Assembly (NCBI GenBank): GCA_973895155.1
Contig: OZ316891.1
Coordinates: forward strand, 22,711,884 to 22,775,883
Origin: Marsupella aquatica
Taxonomy: Eukaryota > Plantae > Marchantiophyta
DNA: 64,000 nucleotides
Direction of reading: 5' to 3'
The notes under the pieces were generated by a model. It was not told the origin of the DNA and ran no database searches. It saw only the letters and a program-made list of their open reading frames with translations. Within the stretch, counting starts at the first letter, position 1; the number at the start of each line of letters is the position of its first letter. Both the position numbers and the translations under genes were made by a program. Positions 50,781-62,479 of this stretch are shown one piece after another.

Positions 50781-51934
50781 TTATTTTGTAGAGATACATG
50801 CATGAGAGTGACTTGTCATGCCGGAGCTTAGGGTAGGAAGAGGCAGCATAGGTTTAGAAGGGCGAACCTAGCATCAGATATTTCCCCCCTCTTGTCCATG
50901 TATAGGGTTCTTTGAAGCCCTATCATTTTGTTCATGCTTTTCCATTTTATATAACAACAATTTTGCCTTCCACATTGGGTCCCAAGGAAAACCCCTCGCA
51001 AATAATGTATTGAATCCTGTGTGATCATAATTTTGCGAACCCTTTAAGAACTCATTCCCATCGCACAATATAAACCCCAAGGCGTCGCACTTTTTGAGTC
51101 AATTAACTTCAGAACTTCAGATCCAAATATGTCAGGTTTTTGTAATACTTCTAGGATTGCACTTTCCTAATCGCAACCGTTCACAAACTTCTGAAATCAC
51201 CGGTATCGCTCTTTGTCATACAATCCCCATCAAAATAATTGAACCAGTATCTATCGCAAATATGATGCGATGGTAAATCCGTCTCAAATATCAACGCCTG
51301 CGCGGGACGTGTGCGTGTATGTTTGTGAACTTTATGCGACGTATAATGGATCGCAGGAGTATTGAATCTTGCGAACCTCTCAGCTTCTCAGTTTGCCATG
51401 ATGTTGCGATGCCGTTGCGATGGTCCGCGTGCGAAGTTATTAGGTTCGCAAAGTGCGAAGGTGGTGCGATGAGTGTATGTTCGCAATGGCCAGAATTATG
51501 AAAATCAGGGCTTGTTAGTTGCGATGAGATTGTCTTCGCAAAACCGGCCGATAGTGTTGTAGTGGATCAATTGATGTGCATTGGGTTAACCAGGGAGACG
51601 AGTGGCAGTTTGAACTGCTAATTCGGTCAGAGTTGTGTGAATGATTTATTTTGAGAGGCTACATTCCGCTGCATAACGAAAATAGTCATGGCCTTGAAAG
51701 ATTGAGCAAGTCTAGGCGCAGACTTGACAGAGGCTATAGGATGAACAACCTAAAACTGTACAGGAACTAGGGGGATCTGTTTAGGCAATGCTAGAACCCA
51801 ACAAACAAGACAAGGACCAACGTGAACAATCGAACACTTGATAGGGACTGTCGGAAATCGACAGACAGACAGGAAAAATGGCGTTTCCTAATTTACTTTG
51901 GCAACTGAACCCTTATTTGCAAAACTCAAGCAGT

Positions 51935-52340
51935 CAGAGAGAGAGAGAGAGAGAGAGAGGGAAGCGCACAAACCTAACTCCAGCTCTTGACCAACCAACG
52001 GCTCCTCACCGACCACAGCTCCTGCAACTCCTCCCTGATGTAACCTCTTGCAGCTCCCGCAGCTCCTCCCGCAGCTCCAGATGTAACCTCCCGCAGCTCC
52101 CGTAGCTCCTGCCTGCTATAACCTCCCGCAGCTCCTGCCAATGTGACCTCCCACAGCTCCACCAATGTGACCCCCTGCCTGTTGTGACCTCCCGCAGCTC
52201 CAATACTATCGGGAGCTTATCCCCGGTCACAGCTCGCACCTCCTTCCCAATGTATCCTCCCACTCCTTGCAGCTTATCACCCGCAGGTTATCACCGGTCA
52301 CAGCTCATCGCCCTTTGCTGAGGTAACCTCCTGCAGCTCC
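51935..52340. repeat. (GA)n microsatellite followed by degenerate GCAGCTCC/TGTAACCTCC repeats
   Basis: Direct inspection; explains the repetitive spurious ORFs here. Confidence 0.8.
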
Positions 52341-52800
52341 TTCGTAATGTAATGTATCCTCACAACAATGTGCTTATCATCAATCGCACGTTGTCACCCT
52401 TTGCAGCTTTCTGAGACCTATAGCTGCAACGCCCAATGCTTCGCAATGTTGCACGACACTATAATGGATCGGAGCTCCTCCGTGGTCGTAGCTCCCGCGT
52501 CCTACCGGCTGACCCTAAGGTTTCCTACTCCCCCGACCGCGCGCAGCACCCTGATACAATGTGGGAAGAAATGGAGTGCGCGCTCCACGGCAGCTGCCTA
52601 AACTCTGCGTGACTGACCTCAATGTGCCCCGCACTCCATGCACATTGGCCCACCGCCACTACACATTCCTCTGAAGAAAAAGCGCAGATCAACCACAAAA
52701 ACCCTACATTTCATGACTTGTGCTCTTCCCCAAAGGTCCCGTTGCGCATAGTAACTTTGGGGACATAGTAACTGTGGTAAGTAGAACAACACCAACTGTG

Positions 52801-54084
52801 TGTAATATTGCTCAAATCAACCAGGATTCGGTCCCGTAAGGAATAAGGAAAGCATTTTACTCCGGTTTTATGGTATTTGAAATCTAAAAGTGATTTCTTT
52901 ACTGGTTCTTCTCTCAGAATCCTAAAACGATTCTTCTGTAAACTCCTTAATCAACAAATTCATAGGGTCTTACTTTTTATCAATAGGTAATCGGATTTTC
53001 ATGCATCCTGGACTTCCATATACTCAAAAGAGATCGGCTTTACATCCAATGACTTACTACAATTCTCTTTTCCCTAGGTATCAAAGTTTCACTCTTACAA
53101 ATCCATGAGTTTGAGATAAGTTTGATGTTTTCAATGCACAATGTGGTACATTTCCTTTTGATTTAATCTTCCCTCCTAAGCCCAAGATTGGCATGAGAGA
53201 AAGACCCAAAATGATCAAAGATTAAGTTTGCAAGGAAAAGACATAAGCATTTGCTTGGGAGTCCAAATGTAGGGGGCTCCCTCATAGCATGGGAGAAACC
53301 AAAGGGTTTTCTCCTAAGTTGAGAAATCTATTCCTATCTAAAAATAATTCTAGACTCTAAGAGACAAGGTAAAGGTAAGACCCTTACAAATCTAAATCTG
53401 AGACTCCATAAGTGACAAGTGATCATGTCATTCTAAATCTGATCCTAATTAACTAAAATAAAGCTCAAGTAAGAGGTAAAATGATTTATGAGTCAAGGGC
53501 CAAAACTATGTAGTCTTTGTTCCGTCAAAGTTGTTGCCGAAAGTCTAAACCGATTCTGCAGTGTCCAAGCGATTGTTTATTCGAAGTGATTTTTTCGTCA
53601 AAACTCAAACTTCTTAACTTTCTCCAAAACATTTCTTTGAGGCTTAAAATGAATTAAGGGATGACGGATAGACCAGAAGAAGCTTCGAGTAAGGTTAAAG
53701 TGTTTGAAAATCTGCCATTTCCACTCCAATGCTCCGTTTTGCCATTCCACAGTAACCTTTGAAGATGCTCTGATTAAGTCTTAGGGTTAAACTCCAACTT
53801 CAAGCTCACCATGCTGCCTCATAACCTCAACCTCAACATATGGTTCACACTAAATCCACTTTAAGACCATAACTAAATACGTTTGTGACCAGAAAGCTTT
53901 GGTCACAAAAGTTGAGCCCCTTGTGGCCTTGCCAGGGCCTCATATGCCTTCCTTGGACACCTGAGTATGACCACAGTTAGACTCCACCCAATGCACCCAT
54001 CATTACCTTTGGTACATAAATGTATGTCCTCCCAACTTCTCGCCCAACTTGCAACTCCCTATGTGCAACCAATCTGGTATTATA
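52801..54084. mobile_element. Possible solo LTR inserted in E2
   Basis: Starts TGTAATA and ends TATTATA (6/7 inverted match); flanks TGTG / TATG; no ORFs and few ATGAC motifs. Confidence 0.3.
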
Positions 54085-55319
54085 TATGACCACCATAAGC
54101 CATGGATATTGTTATGCATTAACTCTTAACTATGGTTAGACTAATTGTGGAAATCACATTTGTGTGGCAACTAATGAATTATTATTGGTTTGCAAATAAC
54201 CCAATGAAGGTTATGGTATATCCAAATTAAAGAGGGCCCCACCTAAATGACCCAATGTACGGCGGGCGACTAAGGATACGACTAGTTGTTGGGTAACAAA
54301 AAATTAATAGGACCTCCAATATGCCAACATTAATGGCTTCCAATATTGGCTTCCAATATGACAGCGTGAGTGACCCCATGTTTAGTCCTCAAATTGAAGC
54401 ACCATTTAATTCACAAATGACCCAATGAACTCCCTTGTACCTCCAAAGAGAACCCCCCAATAGCCTTTGTAAAGACCACATTTCCAGTCATTTGGTACTT
54501 CTGACCTCTAGTATGACAACCAAGATTACCCTAATTTGAGGTGTTTTCATTAATGACCACATATGCAGTCAATTGCTCCAAATGACCTCCAATATGACTA
54601 CCAAGTTGACCCTTATTGTAGTCATTGGCATTAATGATAGACATTATGTGAAAATGACCCAATGAAGAGTATACTACCTCTCGGAGTGCCCCCTTACAAT
54701 TCCTTTGGAATTTAATAGAATATATCCAAAATCCAAATATCGGTACAAACATGACATAGTTATATAGGGGGCTTTTAACAATGTTAGTAAAAAGGAGAAA
54801 GCAGATAGGAAAACATATATTGATAGCAAGACAGAGCCATTGCTAGCGAAGCAAAACCTCACATTTAACTTCATTATTTGGCAGAAAAAAACTAATATCA
54901 ATTATTCAATCCATCATGAAAGTTGCTAGCAAACCTCGCTAGCAAAAATTGTTCTATCATATCCAAAACCCTATGAACCAAAATAGTACCAATAGTATTT
55001 TATTGAGATGACTTGAGATAATACATAACTAATTTTCCATTCTCAAATACATTAAAAGTACCACTTCTTTCTAAAGTGATATTTATCCACAAGGATGAGG
55101 AAATATCAAGAAGATTTGGACAAAATCAATAGTCATCTAATCCTGACTGAACATCAATAGAACTATTGGAACCTGAATTCTCTGTGCTTTCCTCGCTAGT
55201 AGATATTTCACTACTCTCAGATCTTGATGTTGATTCAGCCTCCTCATCTACAAATCTTGAGGCACAAACAACCTCATTATCAATCAGAGGATGCCTCAAA
55301 AACTTTCTATCAGATCCCC

Positions 55320-58300
55320 TCAACAGTCATCGCCCCTTCTAGGAGTTCCCCCTTACAATTCCTTTGCAATTTAATAGAAAATACCCTAGTGGAGGGGTTG
55401 CGAGCTCTATGTGGGGCCACATGGCACTCTAGGGCCCACCTTCAGCCCTTAGCCCCAAATTGGTCATTTATGCTTGTCTTCAATGACTGCACTAGGGACA
55501 CCTCAAATGATCACAAATCCAGTCATTTGACTTATGTGACAGTCCATATGACATATGTAGTGACCCTATTTGTGGTCATTGGAACTTATGACACAACTTT
55601 GTGCAAAAATGACCCAATGTTCAAGGTCCTAGTACCTCCCGAGAGAGCCCACTCTAGGTTCATTGCAAAAATAGAATATTCCTATACCTTTAACCAGCGC
55701 ACACACCATAGAGGGAAGCACCACTACCACGCCCATTCCATTGGTGTTGCACTACCTCTTGGAGGAACAAACAAATGGCTCCATTTGCCTTTGGAACATA
55801 ACATATTCATCCATGATGGTGCTTTTGGAAAATCACTCCAATGTTGTATGACTTGGGAGTGATTTCCCCAAGGTTGCATCATCCCTTAAGTAATTGCGAA
55901 AACATGGCTCCAAAGTGCTCATGGTGCAACTAGTGGTTGGAGAATAGTAAGTATAGTGTCCCGCACCTATTGGAAAGGTTGCCAGCTCCATGTAGGGCCC
56001 CATGGCAGTCTAGGGCCCACTTCCAGCCCTTATCCCCAAACTGGTCATTTAGGTTGGTCCCTAATGACACCATGAGGGACCTCTGTAATGACCAGGTATG
56101 CAATCATTTGGTCCAAATGACTGCCAAAATGACCCATATGGTAGTCATTGGCTTTAATGACACACCATTCCTCCAAAATGACCCAGTGAAGATTACACTA
56201 CCTATCGGAGTGGCCCCTAGCAAATCCTTAGCAATTTAATAGAATATTCCTCACCCAAATGCCAGCACAAACATGACATAGTTAAATCGAAGGACAACAA
56301 CCTTCCATTGGTTTTGCAAGAGAACTCTTAGAGAACAAGAAATCAACTATTATTTAACTTTGAATGTGATGGTATACATCCATGGTGACACTTTTGGAAA
56401 ATCGCTCCAAAGCCGTATGCCTTGGGAGTAATTTCCCCAAGGTTCCATCATGCCTTAACAAAATGCAAAAACATGGCTCCAAAGTGTTCATGGTGCAACT
56501 AGTGGTTGGAGAATAGTGGGTATAGTACCCCGCACCTAGTGGAGAGGTTGCCACCTTCATGTAGGGCCACATGGCACACTAGGGCCACCTTAAGCTCCTA
56601 GACTCAAAATGGTCATTTCTGATGGTCCATAATGACACCATGAGGGACCTCTATAATGACCCCATATGCAATCATTGTGCACAAATGACTTTCAAAATGA
56701 CCCTTATTGCAGTCTTTGGCATTATGACACACTATTCCTCCAAAATGACCCAATGAAGATTACAACACCTACTCACAATGCCCCAACACTATTCATATGC
56801 AAAATGGAGTATTCCCCATCCAAACACCGGCACAAACATGACACAATTACATCACAAGATGACAACCTTCCATTGGTGTTGCGCTACTTCTTGGAGAGAC
56901 AAAAAATGACTTAGATACGGTGGTATGCATCCATGGTGACACTTTTGGCAAATCACTCCAAAGTAGTATGACTTGGGAGTGATTTCCCCACTGAAGGTGC
57001 ATCATGCCTTAAGTAAACGCAAAAACATGTGTCCAAAGTGTTCATGGCACAACTAGTGGTTGGACAATGATGAGTATAGTGTCCCGCACCTAGTGGAGGG
57101 GGTTCTCAGCTCTATGTGGGGCCCCATGGCACTCTAGGGCCCACCTCCAGCCCCTAACCCCAAACTGGTCATTTGTGCTTCTGCTTAATGATTGCACAAA
57201 GGACCCCTCAAATGACCACAAATCCAGTCATTTGACTTATGTGATAGCCCAATGACAGATTTAATGACCCTACTTGTAGTCATTGGTATTTATGACACCA
57301 ATTTTTTTAGAAATGACTCAATGAAGATTACACTACCTTCTTGAGTGCCCCGTCACTATTCATTTGCAAAATAGAATATTCCCCATCCAAACACCGGCAC
57401 AAACATGACACAATTACATGGAAGGACAACAGCCTTGCACTACTTCTTGCAGAGACAAAAAAAAATGGCTTCATTTCCTTTTAGATAGGACGGTATGCAT
57501 CAATGGTGACACTTTTGGCAAATCACTCCAAAGTGGTACGACTTGGGAGTGATTTCCCCAAAGGTGCATCATGCCTTAAGTAAACGCAAAAATATGTGTC
57601 CAAAATGTTTATGTCGCAACTAGTGGTTGGACAATGATGAGTATAGTGTCCCGCACCCAGTGAAGGGGTTCTCACCTCTATGTGGGGCCCCATGGCACTC
57701 TAGGGCCCACCTCAAGCCCCTAGCCCCAAACTGGTCATTTGTGCTTTTCCTTAATGATTGCATGAGGGACCCCTCAAATGACCACAAATCCAGTCATTAG
57801 ACTGATATGACTCTCTATATGACAGTTTTAATGACCCTACTTTTAGTCATTGGTATTAATGATGGGCCATTGCTCACATATGATCCAATAAAGGCCCTAG
57901 TACCTCCAAAGAGACCCAGCTTTAGATTCCTTACAAGATTGGAATATTCCTCTTCCCTAATCCCGCACCCACACCATACTGAGAAGCACAACTCCCCTAC
58001 CCATTCAATTGGTGCAGCACTACCTCTTGGAGAACCAAAAACAACTTTTTTTTGCCTTTGGATGTGATGGTATGCATGCATGGTGACACTTTTGGCAAAT
58101 CACTCCAAAGTGGTATGACTTGGGAGTGATTTCCCCAAAGGTGCATCATGCCTTAAGTAAACGCAAAAATATGTGTCCAAAATGTTTATGTCGCAACTAG
58201 TGGTTGGACAATGATGAGTATAGTGTCCTGCACCCAGTGAAGGGGTTCTCACCTCTATGTGGGGCCCCATGGCACTCTAGGGCCCACCTCAAGCCCCTAG

Positions 58301-60480
58301 CCCCAAACTGGTCATTTGTGCTTTTCCTTAATGATTGCATGAGGGACCCCTCAAATGACCACAAATCCAGTCATTAGACTGATATGACTCTCTATATGAC
58401 AATTTTAATGACCCTACTTTTAGTCATTGGTATTAATGATGGGCCATTGCTCACATATGACCCAATAAAGGCCCTAGTACCTTCAAAGAGAGCCAGCTTT
58501 AGATTCCTTGCAAGATTGGAATATTCCTCTTCCCTAATCCCGCACCCACACCATACTGAGAAGCACAACTCCCCTGCCCATTCAATTGGTGCAGCACTAC
58601 CTCTTGGAGAACCAAAAAACAACTTTTATTTGCCTTTGGATGTGATGGTATGCATGCATGATGACACTTTTGGCAAATCACTCCAAAGTCGTACGACTTG
58701 GGAGTGATTTCCCCAAAGGTGCATCCCCTGGGCCCTCACTCTTACTATATTAAGTGAACCCCCCTGAGAACACACACCCCCCGTGTACCCCTTCTTAATA
58801 TTTTTGTTCACAAAAAAAATCCCATTGTTAATGTAAAAATATTAACTTTTCCTATTAAATTTTATCCTTTTGTAAATTATAATAGAGTTTTTCAAGGAAT
58901 TGAAAACATCCTTGAATTTTTAGAATTACAAATATCATATTGAAATAGATAAAACTTTATCTTTCATAGGGGACTTGTATGTTATGCTCGATCTTCAAGG
59001 TACATATTTTATATATAAATAAACAAAATTAGTACGAGAGAAAATTATAGTTCTTCCTATAGTTTACACACAGCCATGCACTCTTGTCTTAGTGTTCGCA
59101 AAAGTGCCTCTGAACTTCTAGTTTCATAAGTACTATATATGTATAATCCAGGAATAATACTCCAAAGTCTGAACCAACTATAACAAACATTGTTGAGCGC
59201 CTGAGACCCCTCCCTCAACACACAAACACATTTGGCCTCATACCTGGTTGTTTGATTCAAGGGAATTCAAAAGTAATCTTGTCCTTCCATGTGGGATTGA
59301 TCCGTGGATCCCCATCAATCCTAGTTTCCCAACCAAGTTGGGCCCAAAGATTATGGCCCAAAGATTATGGCCCAAAGATTATGGCCCAACATTTACTCAA
59401 CTCCCCAGTTAACTCCTAAACATGCGGGTAAACATGTCTACCCAAACCCATTTGTTTCACCATAAGGGGACCAACGAAACCAAACTTGCCTTAAGACGAT
59501 AAATAATTAAATGTTTGATTTACTATATGGACACGTATGCAAATGAAGTGATGACATGTGTGCCAACCATATAGTGACGCTTGTACTTGGCATTTTGGGT
59601 ACCCTTGCATAAGATTTATGTGACATGTATTTGATAAGAGTCTTATTACTAATATTATGGCGAATGTATATAGAGGGATGTTGCCTACTTTAAAAACTAT
59701 TATAAAAATTAGTTTGCATTACATTAAAAATACCCTTGTGTTGTTCGCACGTCCTCCCTGTATTCGTAACACTAAGGACCCAGGGGGTGCATCATGCCTT
59801 AAGTAAACGCAAAAACATGTGTCCAAAGTGTTTATGTCGCAACTAGTGGTTGGACAATGATGAGTATAGTGTCCCACACCCAGTGGAGGGGTTCTCACCT
59901 CTATGTGGGGCCCCATGGCACTCTAGGGCCCACCTCCAGCCCCTAGCCCCAAACTGGTCAATCATTTGTGCTTGTGTTTAATGATTGCATGAGGGACCAC
60001 ACAAATGACCACAAGTCCAGTCACTTGACTTATATCACAGTCCATATGACAAATTTAATGACCCTACTTGTAGTCATTGGTATTTGTGATGCAAATGTTT
60101 TTAGAAATGACCTAATAAAGATTACACTAGCTCCTTGAATGCCCCATCACTATTTATTTGCAAATTAAAATATTCCCCATCCAAACATCGGCACAAACAT
60201 GACACAATTACAACAAAGGATGACAACCTTCCATTGGTATTGCCCTACTTCTTGGAGAGACAAAAATGTTTCATTTGCCTTTGGAACGATAGTATGCGCG
60301 CATCTATATATGGTGACACTTCTGGAAAATCACTCCAAAGGTGTATGACTTGGGAGTGATTTCCCCAAAGCTAGGTGCATCATGCCTAAAGTAAATGCAA
60401 GACATGTGTTCAAATTGCTAATGCTGCAACCAATGGGAGGACAATGATGACTATTGTGTCCCGCACTTAGTGGAAGGGTT
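55320..60480. repeat. ~550-580-bp satellite array (about 7 copies) in the E2 right arm
   Basis: Anchor ACTTGGGAGTGATTTCCCC near 55851, 56420, 56971, 57541, 58118, 58696 and 60348; units rich in AATGAC/GTCATT. Confidence 0.92.
58726..59785. mobile_element. 1060-bp non-autonomous TIR element with 8-bp TSD
   Basis: TIR CCCTGGGCCCT vs CCCTGGGTCCT; TSD GGTGCATC at 58718-58725 and 59786-59793; interrupts a satellite unit; internal (GGCCCAAAGATTAT)x3 at ~59341-59388. Confidence 0.9.
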
Positions 60481-60569
60481 ATCAACTATATCAATGACTC
60501 TACAATTATGACCGGTGTCTGGAATGACTATTGAGTATTTTAATCTTCATATCTCTTGGGTTCTTTAAT

Positions 60570-60995
60570 GACTCTATAAGTAGTCATTTATGCAATAAGT
60601 CCATAATGACTGTATGTTATTGTAAACATTGATATATCATGATTTTTAGATTGACCCTATATTTAGTCATTTATGCGACAAGTCCATAATGACAGTATGT
60701 TGTTGTAAACACCGATATATCCTAATTTCAAGATTGACTCTGGAGTTAGTCATTTATGAGAGAAGTCCATAATGACGGTATGTTCTTGTAAACACTGATA
60801 TGTCCTAATTTTAAGATTGACCCTAGAGTTAGTCATTTATGAGAGAACTCCATAATGACGTTATGTTCTTGTAAACATTATGTCCTAATTTCAAGATTGA
60901 CCCTAGAGTTAGTCATTTATGGGAGAAATCCATAATGACAATATATTGTTGTAAACACTGATATATTCTCATTTTCAGATTGACCCTATATTACC
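60570..60995. repeat. ~83-bp tandem repeat, about 5 copies (E2 subterminal)
   Basis: TAGTCATTTATG at 60581, 60664, 60747, 60830 and 60910. Confidence 0.92.
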
Positions 60996-61352
60996 GTCAT
61001 TTAACACCGTTGGTTAAAATGACGGTAATACATTTTTTGTCATTTATCACCGTTGTCCAGAGTGACTATAATGTTGCTAAACACTGATTTATCATTGTTG
61101 TTATTAATTGCGTCATTTAGGACATGTATCTAAATTGACCATTTAAGGAAATTGGGTCATTTTGGTTGCATCAGTCATTACAAACATTATACAAAATGAC
61201 GCAAAAGTTAACATTTTGTCTTTTCGATCTATTGGTCATTGTGGACAGTCATTCCCCTGTCATTCTTTTTGTGTCATTAGAAATTTTGGTCATTTATTCA
61301 TCTCCGTCATTGGGTGATTGGTCATAAAGGGCCCTGTTTTCTTCTAGTGTAT

Positions 61353-62479
61353 GATGTGTTGGTGGGATGTATAGTGCTCTACCCCATGAGATTTATTCTT
61401 GATTTTTGGGAGGAATCAGTGTCATATTGACCTGATTGGCAGTCAGGAGATGCTCGATTAAGCAAATTGCCAGTGAGATTTAGTGGACCTGTGGGAGGCC
61501 CTAAGTCCACACCATTATCTTTGGTAGCATTTAGTGGTGTAATTATTGGACCTCATGATTTGATTGAGGGTAATGCGCATGCACCAGATCTTCCACCATT
61601 GGAGGAGTCTCATGAGGAGCACATCATGCAGGGATTACCTGTTGGCAGTGTTGTGCCGCCAGTGTGGATGCACAGGCCTTGCCATAGGCAGCAGCACGAT
61701 TGGTACATGATGCATGGCATCATGCTTTTACACCTCAGTCAGGAGCAGAGCAGTCTCTTGCAGATGGACTGGTGACTCTTTCACCATTGGATACCACTCC
61801 TATTGCTTGGCAGTATCCATCAGAGGGTATTTGTTTGTTGGATCTTTTTGGTGGGATGAGCACTATATTGGCTATTGTTCTTCAGGCAAGAATTCCTGTA
61901 CGTCGTTATTTGTATGTGGAGACAGATGAGATAGCACAGAGGGTCTCATTGCAACATGTGGCTATGTTGGTGGATAGATATCCACAGTTGTTGCCAGTGG
62001 ATGCTGTTCGTGGTTATCAGCATGCACTACCTGCTGATATTTCATTGTTGGGGGTGGATCATCTGCATCGTGTTGGCCCCATTGATTTGGTGTTTGCTGG
62101 TTAGCCATGTCAGGGCCAATCTAGAGCTGGCGTTAGATATGGACTTCATGATCCACGCTCTACATTGTTTTGGGAGATGTTACGGGTGCTGCGTCATCTT
62201 CAGCTACATCAGACAGTCTCTAGCATACATTTTGGAGAATGTGCCATTGTTAGGTGATGATCGTAGTTGGATTGTTGCCAGTGTTCACAAGGTGGCATCT
62301 TGGATTGGACTTGCTATGTTATTGGATGTTGCACGTGTGGGTTCTCGTGCACATCGTCCACGCTTGTGGTGGACTAATTTGATCTCATGTGAGGTGCTGA
62401 AGCGCGCATTTGACAGCATTCCACGCTCACCAGCCTTAGTGGTGGATGATATTTTGGATCCAGGGCGTCGTGCACAGGG
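61353..62479 (+). pseudogene. Retroelement pol continuation: protease C-terminus plus DNMT3-like C5-cytosine methyltransferase domain
   Basis: DVLVG protease end; then motif I LLDLFGG, II YVETD, III ADI, IV DLVFAG*PCQ (TGG to TAG), GL.D.RS.LF, VI ILENV, VIII AHRPRLWWTNL; frameshifts; cut off at 62479. Confidence 0.88.

Larger units (their letters stand above)
41354..51564. mobile_element. CACTA/EnSpm DNA transposon E3 (10.2 kb) nested in E2
   Basis: Left CACTACTACATATTGGCCCCTTTTGCGAAG; right (reverse complement) CACTACAACACTATCGGCCGGTTTTGCGAAG. TSD GAT at 41351-41353 and 51565-51567. TCGCAA/TTGCGA subterminal motifs. Confidence 0.92.
23601..61349 (-). mobile_element. CACTA/EnSpm DNA transposon E2 (37.7 kb including nested inserts)
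   Basis: Left CACTAGTAGAAAACAatatatTTTATGAC; right (reverse complement) CACTAGAAGAAAACAgggcccTTTATGAC. TSD TAT at 23598-23600 and 61350-61352. ATGAC/GTCAT-rich subtermini. Excision restores the protease frame. Confidence 0.95.

Noticed and set aside
55126-60359. Repeated 60-210-aa ORFs in the satellite
   Set aside because: Frames are not maintained between units and no motifs are present.
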